A stretch of 64,000 nt of DNA from Mobula hypostoma (Eukaryota), in assembly GCF_963921235.1 (NCBI RefSeq), contig NC_086097.1, positions 57,352,001-57,416,000 on the forward strand. The letters are read 5' to 3'. Shown here piece by piece: positions 12,850 through 23,599 of this stretch. Numbering within the stretch: position 1 is the first letter of the stretch; every line of letters begins with the position of its first letter. The position numbers and the translations under genes are program-made. The notes below the pieces were generated by a model that saw nothing but the letters and a program-made list of their open reading frames with translations, was not told where the DNA came from and ran no database searches.

Positions 12850-15110
12850 GTATGATATAGCATAGAAGGAAGTCTTCAACCCACAAATTCTATCCAGAGT
12901 AATCTATTTTGCCATTACCTGGTCAGTGTCTTGATGATTTAAGTTTTCTGTTAAATATTTTAATGTGAGACTCTGCCTCTATCATCTCTTGAGTGAAAAA
13001 CTGTTCCTCTTGCCCCTTAACCTAAACCCATCTCCACTGGTTTTAGTCATCTATGTTATGACAGAAAGTTTCCTTTCATCCATTCAACACATGCCCCTCC
13101 TTTAATTTTGTCCAATCAGGTCTCTCCGTAGCTTTCTCTGCTGCTGGGAAAGTAAATGCAGCCTATACTGTCTCTCTTCATAAGTCAAACACTCTATGCC
13201 AGTTGATGGAGACAAATATTCCATGTACTTCTTTAACATCTTATCTATGTAGGTTTCCACATTTAGGATTCCTTGGATGTATGCATCCCAAGATCCCTCT
13301 GGCCCTAATACTTCTCCGGGCCCTATCTTCATTGTATATACCCTATCCATTTTAGTCTTGCCATAATACATTCACTTATCAGGATTAAATTTCATTTCCA
13401 TTTCTCTGCCAACCTGGTCAATATTCTCCCCATAAACTAAAACTATATTCCTCACTATCAGTAGCACCACCAATTTTTGTGCCATCTGCAAACTTACTAA
13501 TTGTACCTTGCATGTTTGTACCTAAAATATTATGTAGGTAACAAACAGGAAGGGTCCCAGAACTGATCCCACTGGTCACAGGCTTCCAATAATGAAAGCA
13601 ACTTTCCTCCATTATAAAGTCAATTTTTAGAGTATATTAAATGTGTGTAAACCACATTATAAAGCAGTCTAGTATCCAATTTGCCACCTTGATTGGATCC
13701 CTTGTGTTCTAATCTTATTGAGCAATTTTTCATGTGAGACCTTGTCTAAGGTTTTACTTAAGTCCAGTGAAGAAATCAACTGCACTGCCCTTATTAATAT
13801 ATTTTATTACCTCTGTAAAATTCAATTAATTTGGTCTGAAGATCTTCCCTAACAAAGTCACGCTGGATACCTTTGATTTACCCCTGCTGCAGAATATTGT
13901 CCAGCTATTTCCTTACCCTACCTGACATCAGGCTTTGTCTGCCACAGTTCATGAGCAAAGGTGATGCATTTGTTGTCCTCCAGTCACTTGGGACCTCACC
14001 TTGGCCAAAGAAGGTGTAAAAATCTCTGTCAGGACTTCAGCAATCTCTTCCCTTACCTCCCAGAGCCTAATCAGGCTGGGGTGATTTACCCACCTTTCAG
14101 TCTGCTAAGACATCTAATAACTCCTTTTTTAATGATAACTAGAATCTCACTCTGCTCCTCTCTGAATTCTCCAGCTACATTTTATTTCTCTTCAGTTGAT
14201 ATATATACAAAGTATTCATTTAAAACATCACCAGCATACTGTGACTGCATACATGGATTGCCCCTTTGTCCAGCTATCTTCCCGGCTATTCTCTTGCAGT
14301 TAATATAAAATACTTGTAAAATGCTTTGAGGGTTTCCTTCATCCTGTAGTCCAATGATGTTATGTGTTCCTCGTTGCCATCCTAAGTTCATTTGGAAGTG
14401 CTTACCCTACACTTTACTGAAGGGCCTCCCGATTAATATTTGCTATTGGCTTCCTCTCATGTTTTATTCAACCCTCAATTTCTCTTAGGATTCCCTGAAT
14501 TTGCTGACTTTACCTTTCACCATTACAGAAAAAATCTTTGGCCCTGAACTCCCTTTATTTCATTTTTGTATGAGCCTCGCTAGCTGGATTTCAGCGAGTT
14601 GACTTTGCTAGGTTCTGTATTATTATATTAAAATTTGTCTTCTCCCTATTGAATAACTACCTTGAAACTTGCAGTGAGATAGTCACTATCCCTGAAATGC
14701 TTTTCCAGTGACACATCATTACTTGTCCTTCTAGTTGTAATCCCCAACTACTACAAGCCCATTGCTCTTACAAATTGTCCTCGTCTGTATGCTGCAGTAA
14801 TAGAATCCTTGATCAATACTGCAACACCAGCCCTTTTACCACCCTCTCTGTCATGCCTGCAAATTCTGTACCCCAGAATGTTGAATTGCCCTTCTTTCAC
14901 CCTTATCTCTGTAATTGCAACTGTATAATATTTCCAAGTGCCTATCAGTGCCTTCCATTCTCTATTCATAGCGCTGTCTGAAATGCCTACTTAACTGACT
15001 CAAGTTTTGTTCTATATATGACACTACCTCCCCACCAGCTGTACCAACTCTGTGTCTTATCTTTGCCAAATTAGTTTAAACTTTCCCCAACAGCCCTAGC
15101 AAACCACCTG
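12850..15110 (-). mobile_element. Old, highly decayed CR1-type LINE (EN plus RT remnants)
   Basis: Peptides WKPVTSG, ISKFADGTKIGG, VLNEYFVYISTEE, VAITEIRVKEG...RHDREGGKRAGVAVLIKD. Confidence 0.75.
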
Positions 15111-16209
15111 CAAAGATGTTGGATACATTCTTGGACAACTGCCCAAGATGCCAAAGAGTTTTCTGCTGAAACCTGAAAATGTGCCTGTTGGCAGCAATGC
15201 AAGTAAAACTGTACACCAGCCAGATCGAAAAAAAGGGGGGCGGGTAACACCTTCAATACAAAAATAAAATATTTTTCATGACACCATATGTCATTTGTTT
15301 TGAAAAGGCATATTATTTCCAGTGCTTTCTTTGAATAAAGTATATGCATTTAAAAAATTAGTTCATGTAATTTAATAAGGATCACTTTGGACTTCTGTTA
15401 ACTCAGAACTCACCCTTTGCCTTTGTATTCACTGTTGAGACAGTTTCTTTTGTAATTCTTCAGTTGTTTTCTCGAGAGAATAAATTTTTCAGTGGCACTT
15501 TATGGAAGTTTGAAATTGCAGGATTCTTTCAAGCCTTTTTTACTTGAGGAAAGGGAATTTATGTTCATATAAATATTTATCACAATTCAGAACATATCTG
15601 TACATTTTGAGAATAGTAGCTTTCTATCACAGTTTAGGAAATAGAGCTGTTAATAACGAATTTCATCATAATTTTCCATATGTTTACCATTTATTGAAAA
15701 TTTGAAATACAGTATAGTTTTGTGCATCTTCAGTGCAGCATTGAAGTCCCTTCTTGCTTCTAGAATTCCAAACAATGGTGAGCATGAATTCAGAATCATA
15801 AAATCATTTTGGTACAGAAGAAAGCCATTTGAACCATTGGTTTTATGTCAGCTTTTAACAGAGCAAACAGTCTCATTCCCTACTTTTTCCTTGTGCATCT
15901 ATAGAATAATTCCTTTGAGGCCTTTTTAAATTCGTTTTTGAAAAACCCTAGGCTCTATTCAAAACCTTTCATTTTCCTGATATTCTAGAAACATAGAAAA
16001 CCTACAGCACAATACAGGCCCTTCGGCCCACAGAGTTGTGCCGAACATGTCCCTACCTTAGAAATTACTAGGTTTACCTATAGCCCTCTATTTTTCTAAG
16101 CTCCATGTACCTATCCAAAGGTCTCTTAAAAGACCCTATCGTATCTGCCTCCACCACCGTTGCCGGCAGCCCATTCCACACACTGACTACTCTCTGCTTA
16201 AAAAACTTA

Positions 16210-19144
16210 ACAAGATCACAAGACAAAGGAGCAGAAGTAGGCCATTCGGCCCATCGAGTCTGCTCTGCAGCTCCCCCATGAGCTAAATATTCACCCATCT
16301 AGTTCCAATTTCCGGCTTTTTCCCCATATCCCTTGATACCCTGACTAATTAGATACCTGTCAATCTCCTCCTTAAACACCCTCAATGATCGGGCCTCCAC
16401 AGCTGTATGTGGCAACGAATTCCACAAATCCACCATCCTCTGGCTAAAAAAATTTCTCCTCATCTCTGTTTTAACTGGGTACCCTCCAATTCTAAGACTA
16501 TGGCCTCTTGTCCTGGACTCACCCACCAAGGGAAACAACCTTTCCACATCTACTCTGTCCAACCCTTTCAACATTCAAAATGTTTCTGTGAGATCCCCTC
16601 TCATTCTTCTGTACTCTAATGAATACAGTTCAAGAGCCGACAAACGCTCCTCATATGTTAGCCCCTGCATTCCAGGAATCATCCTCGCAAATCTTCTCTG
16701 AACTCTCTCCAACATCAGTACATCCTTTCTAAGATAGGGGGCCCAAAACTGCACACAGTATTCCAAATGAGGTCTCACTAATGCCCCATAGAGCCTCATC
16801 AACACCTCCTTACTCTTATACACTATTCCTCTTGAAATGAGTGCCAACATATCATTCACTTTCCTTACCGCCGATCCAACTTGGTGGTTAACCTTTAGGG
16901 TATCTTGCACGAGGACCCCCAAGTCCCTTTGCACTTCCGATTTTTGAATTTTCTCCCCATCTAAATAATAATCTGCCTGATTATTTCTTCTTCCAAAATG
17001 TACAACCGTACATTTGTCAACGTTGTATCTCATCTGCCGTTTCTTTGCCCACTCTCCTAAACTGACTAAGTCTCTCTGCAACCTTTCCATTTCTTCAACA
17101 TTTCCTGCTCCTCCACCTATCTTGGTGTCATCCACAAACTTAGCCACAAAACCATTTAATCCATAATCCAAATCATCGATATACATCGTAAAAAGAAGCA
17201 GCCCCAACACCGACCCCTGCGGAACACCACTAGTAACCGGCAACTAATCAGAATAGGATCCCTTTATTCCCACCCTTTGCTTTCTGCCTATCAGCTAATG
17301 CTCCACCCATTTCAATATCTTTCCTATAATTCCATGGGCTCTCATCTTATTAAGCAGCCTCATATACGGCACCTTATTGAAGGCCGTTTGAAAATCCAAA
17401 TACACAACATCCACAGCCTCTCCCTTGTCAATCTTATTCAAGATTACCTCAAAAAATTCCAATAGGCTGGTGAGGCAGGATCTTCCCTTCATGAAACCAT
17501 ACTGGCTCGGTCTATCTTGTCATGCACCTCGAGCTATTTCATAACCTCGTCCTTGAGGATTGACTCCAATATCTTTCCAACTACCGATGTCAGACTAATA
17601 GGTCTGTAATTTTCTTTTTGCTGCCTCCTTCCTTTCTTAAATAGCAGAGCTACATTTGTGACCTTGCAGTCCTCCGGAACCATGCCAGAGTCTATTGATT
17701 CCTGGAAGATCATTTCCAATGCTTCCACAATCTCCAAAGCCACCTCCTTCAGAACTCTTGGGTGCACCTCATCTGGACCGGGAGAGTTATCTATTCTTAG
17801 TCCACTTAGCTTCCCAAGCACTTTCTCTCTATTAATCTTGACTGTACCTAATTCTATTCCCTGATACCTCTGGCTATCAGGTATTTTGCTCATGTCTTCC
17901 ACTGTGAAGACTGATGCAAAATACTCATTGAGTTCCTCTGCCATCTCTTTGTTATCCATTATAATTTCTCCAGCATCATTTTCAATCAGTCCCGTATCTA
18001 CCTGTGTCACTCTTTTACTCTTCATATATTTAAAAAAACTCTAGTATCCTTTTTTATGTTAATCGCCAACTTCCTTTCATAATTCATATTTTCTTAACTA
18101 ATGACTTTCTTAGTTTCCTTCTGTAAGTTTTTAAAGGTCTTCCAGTCCTCATTTTTCCCACTAATTTTTGCTTCCTTGTACACCGTTGCTTTTGCTTTTA
18201 TTTTTGCCTTAACCTCTCTCGTTAGCCACATTTGTGCCATTTTTCCATTCATGATTTTCTTTTTTCTTGGAATATATTTTTCCTGCATTTTCCTTATTTC
18301 TTGTAGGAATTTCATCCAATTCTGCTCTGCCGTCCCTCCATTTAGCTTACTTTTCCAATCGACTTGGGCCAGTTCCTCTCTCATACCACTGTAATTTCCC
18401 CTGTTCCACTGAAATATTGATACACCTGATACCAGCTTCTCCTTTTCAAATTTGAAACTGAACTCAATCATATTATGATGACTACTTCCAAGGGGTTCCT
18501 TTACCTCCAGCTCCCTATTCGCCTCAGATTCATTACACAGCACCTAATCCAAAACAGCCGGTCCCCTGGTAGGCTTCTGGACAAGCTGCTCCAAAAAGCC
18601 ATCCTGTAGGCATTCTACAAATTCCCTCTCCTGAGATCCATTACCTTCCTGACTTTCCCAATCCACTTTCATATTAAAATCCCCCATAATTATCTTGACA
18701 TTTTCCTTCTGACATGCTTTTTCTATTTCCAGCTGCAACTTGTAGTCCACATCCCGGCTGCTGTTTGGAGGCCTGTATATAACTGCTATTAGTGTCTTTT
18801 TACCCTTGCCATTTCTTAATTCTACCCATAAGGATTCTACCTCTTCTGATCCTATGTCCCTTCTTTCTATTGATTTGATATCGTTACTTACCATCAGGAC
18901 CACGCCACCCGCTTTACCTACCTTCCTATCTTTCCTGTACACTGTGTATCCTTGGATATTCAGCTCCAAATCACATCCATCATTTAGCCATGACTCGGTG
19001 ATGGCCACAATGTCATATCTTTTAACCTGCAGCTGTGCAACAAGGTCATCCACTTTATTTCTAATGCTGCGTGCATTTAAGTACAGTACATTTAGATCAG
19101 TATCTGTTGCCAATTTTGCTATATTTCTATTTTGCTATATTTCT
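16210..19144 (-). mobile_element. CR1 subfamily A, near-complete ORF2 (APE endonuclease plus RT) with scattered stops
   Basis: Collinear ORFs 18544-19113 (YLNARSI, AITESW, IYRPP, MGDFN), 18094-18543, 17534-18025 (NYRPISLTS), 16575-17243 (GVPQGSVLG, KFVDDTK), 16299-16574; 6-bp TSD aactta at 16204-16209 and 19145-19150. Confidence 0.93.
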
Positions 19145-20632
19145 AACTTACCCCTGACATCTCTGTATCTACTCCCAAGCACCTTAAAACTGTGCCCTCT
19201 TGTGGCAGCCATTTCAGCCCCTCTGACAATCCATACGATCAATGCCTCTCATCATCTTATACACCTCTATCAGGTCACCTCTCATCCTCCATCACTCCAA
19301 GGAGAAAAGGCCAAGTTCACTCAACCTGTTTTCATAAGGCATGCTCCCCAATCCAGGGAATATCCTTGTAAATCTCCTCTGCACCCTTTCTATGGTTTTC
19401 ACATCCTTCCTGCAAAGGGGTGGCTAGAATTGAGCACAGTACTCCAAGTGGGGTCTGACCAGGGTCCTATATAGGGTCCTATATAACTGCGATATTACCT
19501 CTCGGCTCTTAAATTCAATTCCACGATTGATGATGGCCAATACACGGTACGGCTTCTGAACCACAGAGTCAAACTGCGTAGCTGCTATGGACTCGGACCC
19601 CAAGATCCCGCTGATCCTCCACACTGCCAAGAGTCTTGCCATTAATACTATATTCTACCACCATATCTGACCTACCAAAATGAACCACTTCACACTTATC
19701 TGGGTTGAACGCCATCTGCCACTTCTCAGCCCAGTTTTACATCCTATTTATGTCCCACTGTAACCTCTGACAGCCCTCCACACTATCCACAACACTCCCA
19801 ACCTTTGTGTCATCAGCAAACTTACTAACCCATCCCTCCACTTCCTCATCCACGTCATTGATAAAAATCACAAAGAGTAAGGGTCCCAGAACAGATCCCT
19901 GAGGCACACCACTGGTCACTGACCTCCATGCAGAATATGACCCGTCTACAACCACTGTTTGCCTTCTGTGGGCAAGCCAATTCTGGATCCACAAAGCAAG
20001 GTCCCCTTAGATCCCATACCTCCTTACTTTCTCAATAAGCCTTGCATGGGGTACCTTATCAAATGTCTTGCTGAAATCCATATACAGTACATCAACTGCT
20101 CTTCCTTCATCAATGTGTTTATTTGCATCCTCAAAAATTTCAGTCAGGTTCGTAAGGCACAACCTGCCTTGACAAAGCTATGCTGACTATTCCTATCATA
20201 TTATACCTCTCTAAATGTTCATAAATCCTGCCTCTCAGGATCCTCTCCATCAACTTACCAACCACTGGAGTAAGACTCAGTGGTCTATAATTTACTGGGC
20301 TATGTCTACTCCCTTTCTTGAATAAGGGAACAACATCTACAACCCTCCAATCCTCTGGAACCTCCCCCGTCCTCATTGATGATGCAAAGATCATCGCTAG
20401 AGGCTCAGCAATCTTCTACCTCACCTCTCACAGTAGCCTGGGGCACATCTCATCCAGTCCTGGTGACTTATCAAACTTGATGCTTTCCAAAAGCTCCAGC
20501 ACATCCTCTTTCTTAATATCTACATGCTCCAGCTTTTCAGTCCACTGCAAAGTCATCACTACAATCACCAGCAACACACTTAAAAGTTGCTGGTGACGCA
20601 GCAGGCCAGACAGCATCTCTAGGAAGAGGTGC

Positions 20633-20668
20633 AGTCGACGTTTCGGGCCGAGACCCTTTGTCAGGACT
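20633..20668 (-). ncRNA. Minimal hammerhead ribozyme motif, core mutated (CUGACAA)
   Basis: Minus strand AGUC-CUGACAA-AGGGUCUCGGCCC-GAAAC-GUC-GACU. Confidence 0.75.
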
Positions 20669-21554
20669 AACTGAAAGAAGAGCTAGTAAAAGAATTGAAA
20701 GTGGGAGGGGGAGGGGGAGGGGGAGATCCAAAATGATAGGAGAAGACAGGAGGGGGAGGGATGGAGCCAAGAGCTGGAAAGTTGATTGGCAAAAGGGATG
20801 TGAGAGGATAATGGGACGGAGGCCCAGGGAGAAAGAAAGGGGGGAGGGCTGAAGCCCAGAGGATGGGCAAGCAGTATAGTGAGAGGGACAGAGGGAGAAA
20901 AAGGAGAGAGAGAAAAATAATATATATATATAATAAAAAAAACGGATGGGGTACGAGGGGGAGGAGGGGCATTAACGGAAGTTAGAGAAGTCAATGTTCA
21001 TGCCATCAGGTTGGAGGCTACCCAGACAGAATATAAGGTGTTGTTCCTCCAACCTGAGTGTGGCTTCATCTTGACAGTAGAGGAGGCCGTGGATAGGCAT
21101 ATCAGAATGGGAATGGGACGTGGAATTAAAATGTGTGGCCACTGGGAGATCCTGCTTTCTGTGGCAGACAGAGCGTAGGTGTTCAGCCAAATGGTCTCCC
21201 AGTCTGCAGACTTCTCTAACTTCTCTAACATTGACTTCTCTAACTTCCGTTAATGCTCCTCCTCCCCCTCGTACCCCATCCATTATTTATTTATTATATA
21301 TATATATTCTATTTCTCTCTCTCTCCTTTTTTGTCCCTTTGTCCCTCTCACTATACTGCTTGCCCATCCTCTGGGCTTCACCCCTCTCCCTTTCTTTCTC
21401 CCGCGTCCTCGTGTCCCATTATCCTCTCATATCCCTTTTGCCAATCAACTGTCCAGCTCTTGGCTCCATCCCTCCCCCTCCTGTCTTCTCCTATCATTTT
21501 GGATCTTCCCCTCCCCTCCCACTTTCAAATCTCTTACTATCTCTTCTTTCAATT

Positions 21555-21590
21555 AGTCCTGATGAAGGGTCTCGGCCCGAAACATCGACT
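21555..21590 (+). ncRNA. Minimal hammerhead ribozyme motif (AUC variant)
   Basis: AGUC-CUGAUGA-AGGGUCUCGGCCC-GAAAC-AUC-GACU; stem I AGUC/GACU, stem II GGGU/GCCC. Confidence 0.8.
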
Positions 21591-22329
21591 GTACCTCTTC
21601 CTATAGATGCTGCCTGGCCTACTGCGTTCACCAGCAACTTTTATGTGTGTTGCTTGAAATTCTAGCATCGGCAGATTTCCTCCTGTTTGTGTTTTTAAAA
21701 CTACAGTCACCAAGGTCCTTTTCCATAGTGAATACTGAAGTAAAGTATTCATTAAGTACCTCTGCTATTTCCTCCGGTTCCATACACATCTTCCCACTGC
21801 CACACTTGACAGGTTCTATTCTTTCACGTTCTATCAAATTTTCTCAAGTTTTGCTGCAGTTAGAACATCCAAATCTCTTCCAGTCTAACCCTTTGCTGAA
21901 TGTTCCTCTCCCTTGGAACTATTTGTGTAAATCTTCTGTGCTCCCACTGTGGCATCATGACATTCTTTCTGAAGTTAAGTGACCAGAATTGGACCCCTTA
22001 GTCTAGTTGTGGCCTAACTGGTGGTTAATAAAGATTGAACAATGCCTATATACTTTTGTATCTTTTCTCTCTATAACATAAAAATCTTACATGCTTTACT
22101 AATTGCACTCTCAACTATTTTGTCATGCTCAAATACATACAGTATGTACTTAAACAGCCAGTGCTGCCTTCTGTTCTTTCTTTTAAATATATATTGTATC
22201 TCCACATTCTTTCTGCCAATGTGTGTCATTTCACACTTCTCTGTATTTATTCTCTTCTGCCACTTGGCTGCCAATTCTGCCAGTTTATATGTGCCCTGTT
22301 ACGATTCTGTTTTGCTTTTTTTCACAGTT

Positions 22330-22432
22330 TCAGGCTTCAATGAAAAGTCTTTAACCTGAAATATTAACTATGTTTCTCTTTCCACAGATGCTGCCTGACC
22401 TCCTAAGTGTTTCTATCATTCTGTTTTTTTTA
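22330..22432 (+). mobile_element. Old PLE 3' terminus with eroded hammerhead
   Basis: ttcaatgaaaagtctttaacctgaaatattaact...cagatgctgcctgacc... has the same layout as the family-1 terminus. Confidence 0.5.
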
Positions 22433-22677
22433 AATTGTTAATGAATTTTCAATGATATTTTGTTAGGTAGCAGTGCAGTTTTACCATGCAGGTCACTGAC
22501 AGTGGTATTTAGATTTCTGTTAATGTCATCACTGAAAGGAAGGCGCTTTAGTTGTTCTTTAGGCTTATAAAAGTAGGTATTTTATTCTTGAATAGGTGTA
22601 AGATATATAAATTTCAGTTTTTATTTCTAATTCCGTTTTAATCACTAAAGCATAATCAAAATTATTTTCATTTTTAG

Positions 22678-22904
22678 CTGAAGCAACCTACACTCAGTGC
22701 CAAAGGAACAGAATCTGGTTGTTCACAGAAACCTTCACTGATTGAGTCAGTAAAGGCACCAAAATCAATGTTTGAAGATGCTGAACAAATTTTGCGAAAG
22801 GTGCAAATGAACAAGAAATTTATTGAAGAAAATCTTGAAGCAATTGTTAGAGCAAAGGACCATTCTTCATTATATTCAATAATTGACTCCTTAACTGCAA
22901 ACAG
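22678..22904 (+). CDS. KIAA0586: KIAA0586/TALPID3 internal coding exon (centriole/ciliogenesis protein), 227 nt, phase 0 to 2
   Basis: Acceptor ttttcatttttag|CTG and donor ACAG|gtatgg. Translates LKQPTLSAKG...SMFEDAEQILRKVQMNKKFIEENLEAIVRAKDHSSLYSIIDSLTAN, matching the TALPID3 conserved segment as I recall it ([42 protein letters not shown]). Confidence 0.93.
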
Positions 22905-23599
22905 GTATGGAATTACCAGTGTGATGACTTGGAGCAATGTAGTTTTGATGCTTTGTTGGTAAAGGTGTTTTTTTCTGCCTGGTGAAAGTTGCTGATTAAT
23001 GTTTGCTATTGGTAGAAACCTACAAGACTTAGATTATGATTGTCCGAACTTAGTTAATCAAATGTTCTTATAGTGTATAAACTGGAGATCTTCCTCTTAA
23101 CATTTGAAACCAGGTCTCTGAGAAGAAAACAACCATTTAACATTTTTATACCCTTAATTAATCCTGTTTTGAGTTTAAGAAAAAAAATCAGAACTGTGAT
23201 ACTGTTGTTACCAATGATTGCTTCTCTCACTGATACAGATTTCTTTTTACATTTTCATCTCTACTTTGCCCCAAAATATATTGTTTTCCATTGCTGTACA
23301 TTGATTTTATTAGCCACAAAGTTGGCTGTGCTTGTAGGTAAAAAGCTAACAGAATGCCAAGCATGAATGTAGCAAGCTGTAGCAAACATAAGCTGTAGAT
23401 TAGGTGCTAGAAGCTTTCCAGAATTATAGTACTTTGAGCTTTATACTCTCTGGAAAGCAATGTAGGGTAATGTAAAGGGTGGAAGCATATGCATAGTTCA
23501 CAACCACTGATACTGAGTTGGAGTTCACTTTAAGAGGCAGTAAGACCATAAGAGTGTTTAGGTATGGTGAATTTCTGTTGAACTTATGCTCCCCTTGTA

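Larger units (their letters stand above)
20571..21699. mobile_element. Penelope-like element (family 1) insertion with inverted (fold-back) structure
   Basis: Minus arm 20571-21204 encodes the GIY-YIG C-terminus RLGDHLAEHLRSVC...VATHFN...LEEQHLIFCLGSLQPDGMNIDFSNFR. Plus arm about 21226-21690. 13-bp TSD actacaatcacca (20558-20570) / actacagtcacca (21700-21712). Confidence 0.9.
15986..21828 (-). mobile_element. CR1 subfamily B copy, split by a CR1-A insertion (16210-19144) and a PLE insertion (20571-21699)
   Basis: 3' tail agaaacatagaaaacctacagcac at 15986. Sequence resumes seamlessly at 19145 (aacttacccctgac) and at 21700. RT motifs GVPQGSVLGPLLFVIFIND, KFADDTK. Confidence 0.9.

Noticed and set aside
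15734..15777. Possible 44-nt KIAA0586 exon (catcttcag|...ATG|gtgagc)
   Set aside because: The only open frame exits in phase 1, incompatible with the phase-0 exon at 22678, and it has no recognisable similarity to TALPID3.
16299..19113. Active CR1 ORF2
   Set aside because: Multiple in-frame stops and frameshifts, an FVDD variant at the RT active-site motif, and no ORF1 or 5' UTR.
20537..21665. Repeated Pro/Leu/Ser-rich ORFs (also 34005-34325, 52233-52587) as a small gene family
   Set aside because: They are chance translations of the low-complexity PLE UTR on both strands.
22768..22962. ORF-track ORFs 22768-22962 and 57387-57635 as stand-alone genes
   Set aside because: They are internal exons read through their donor sites into intron.
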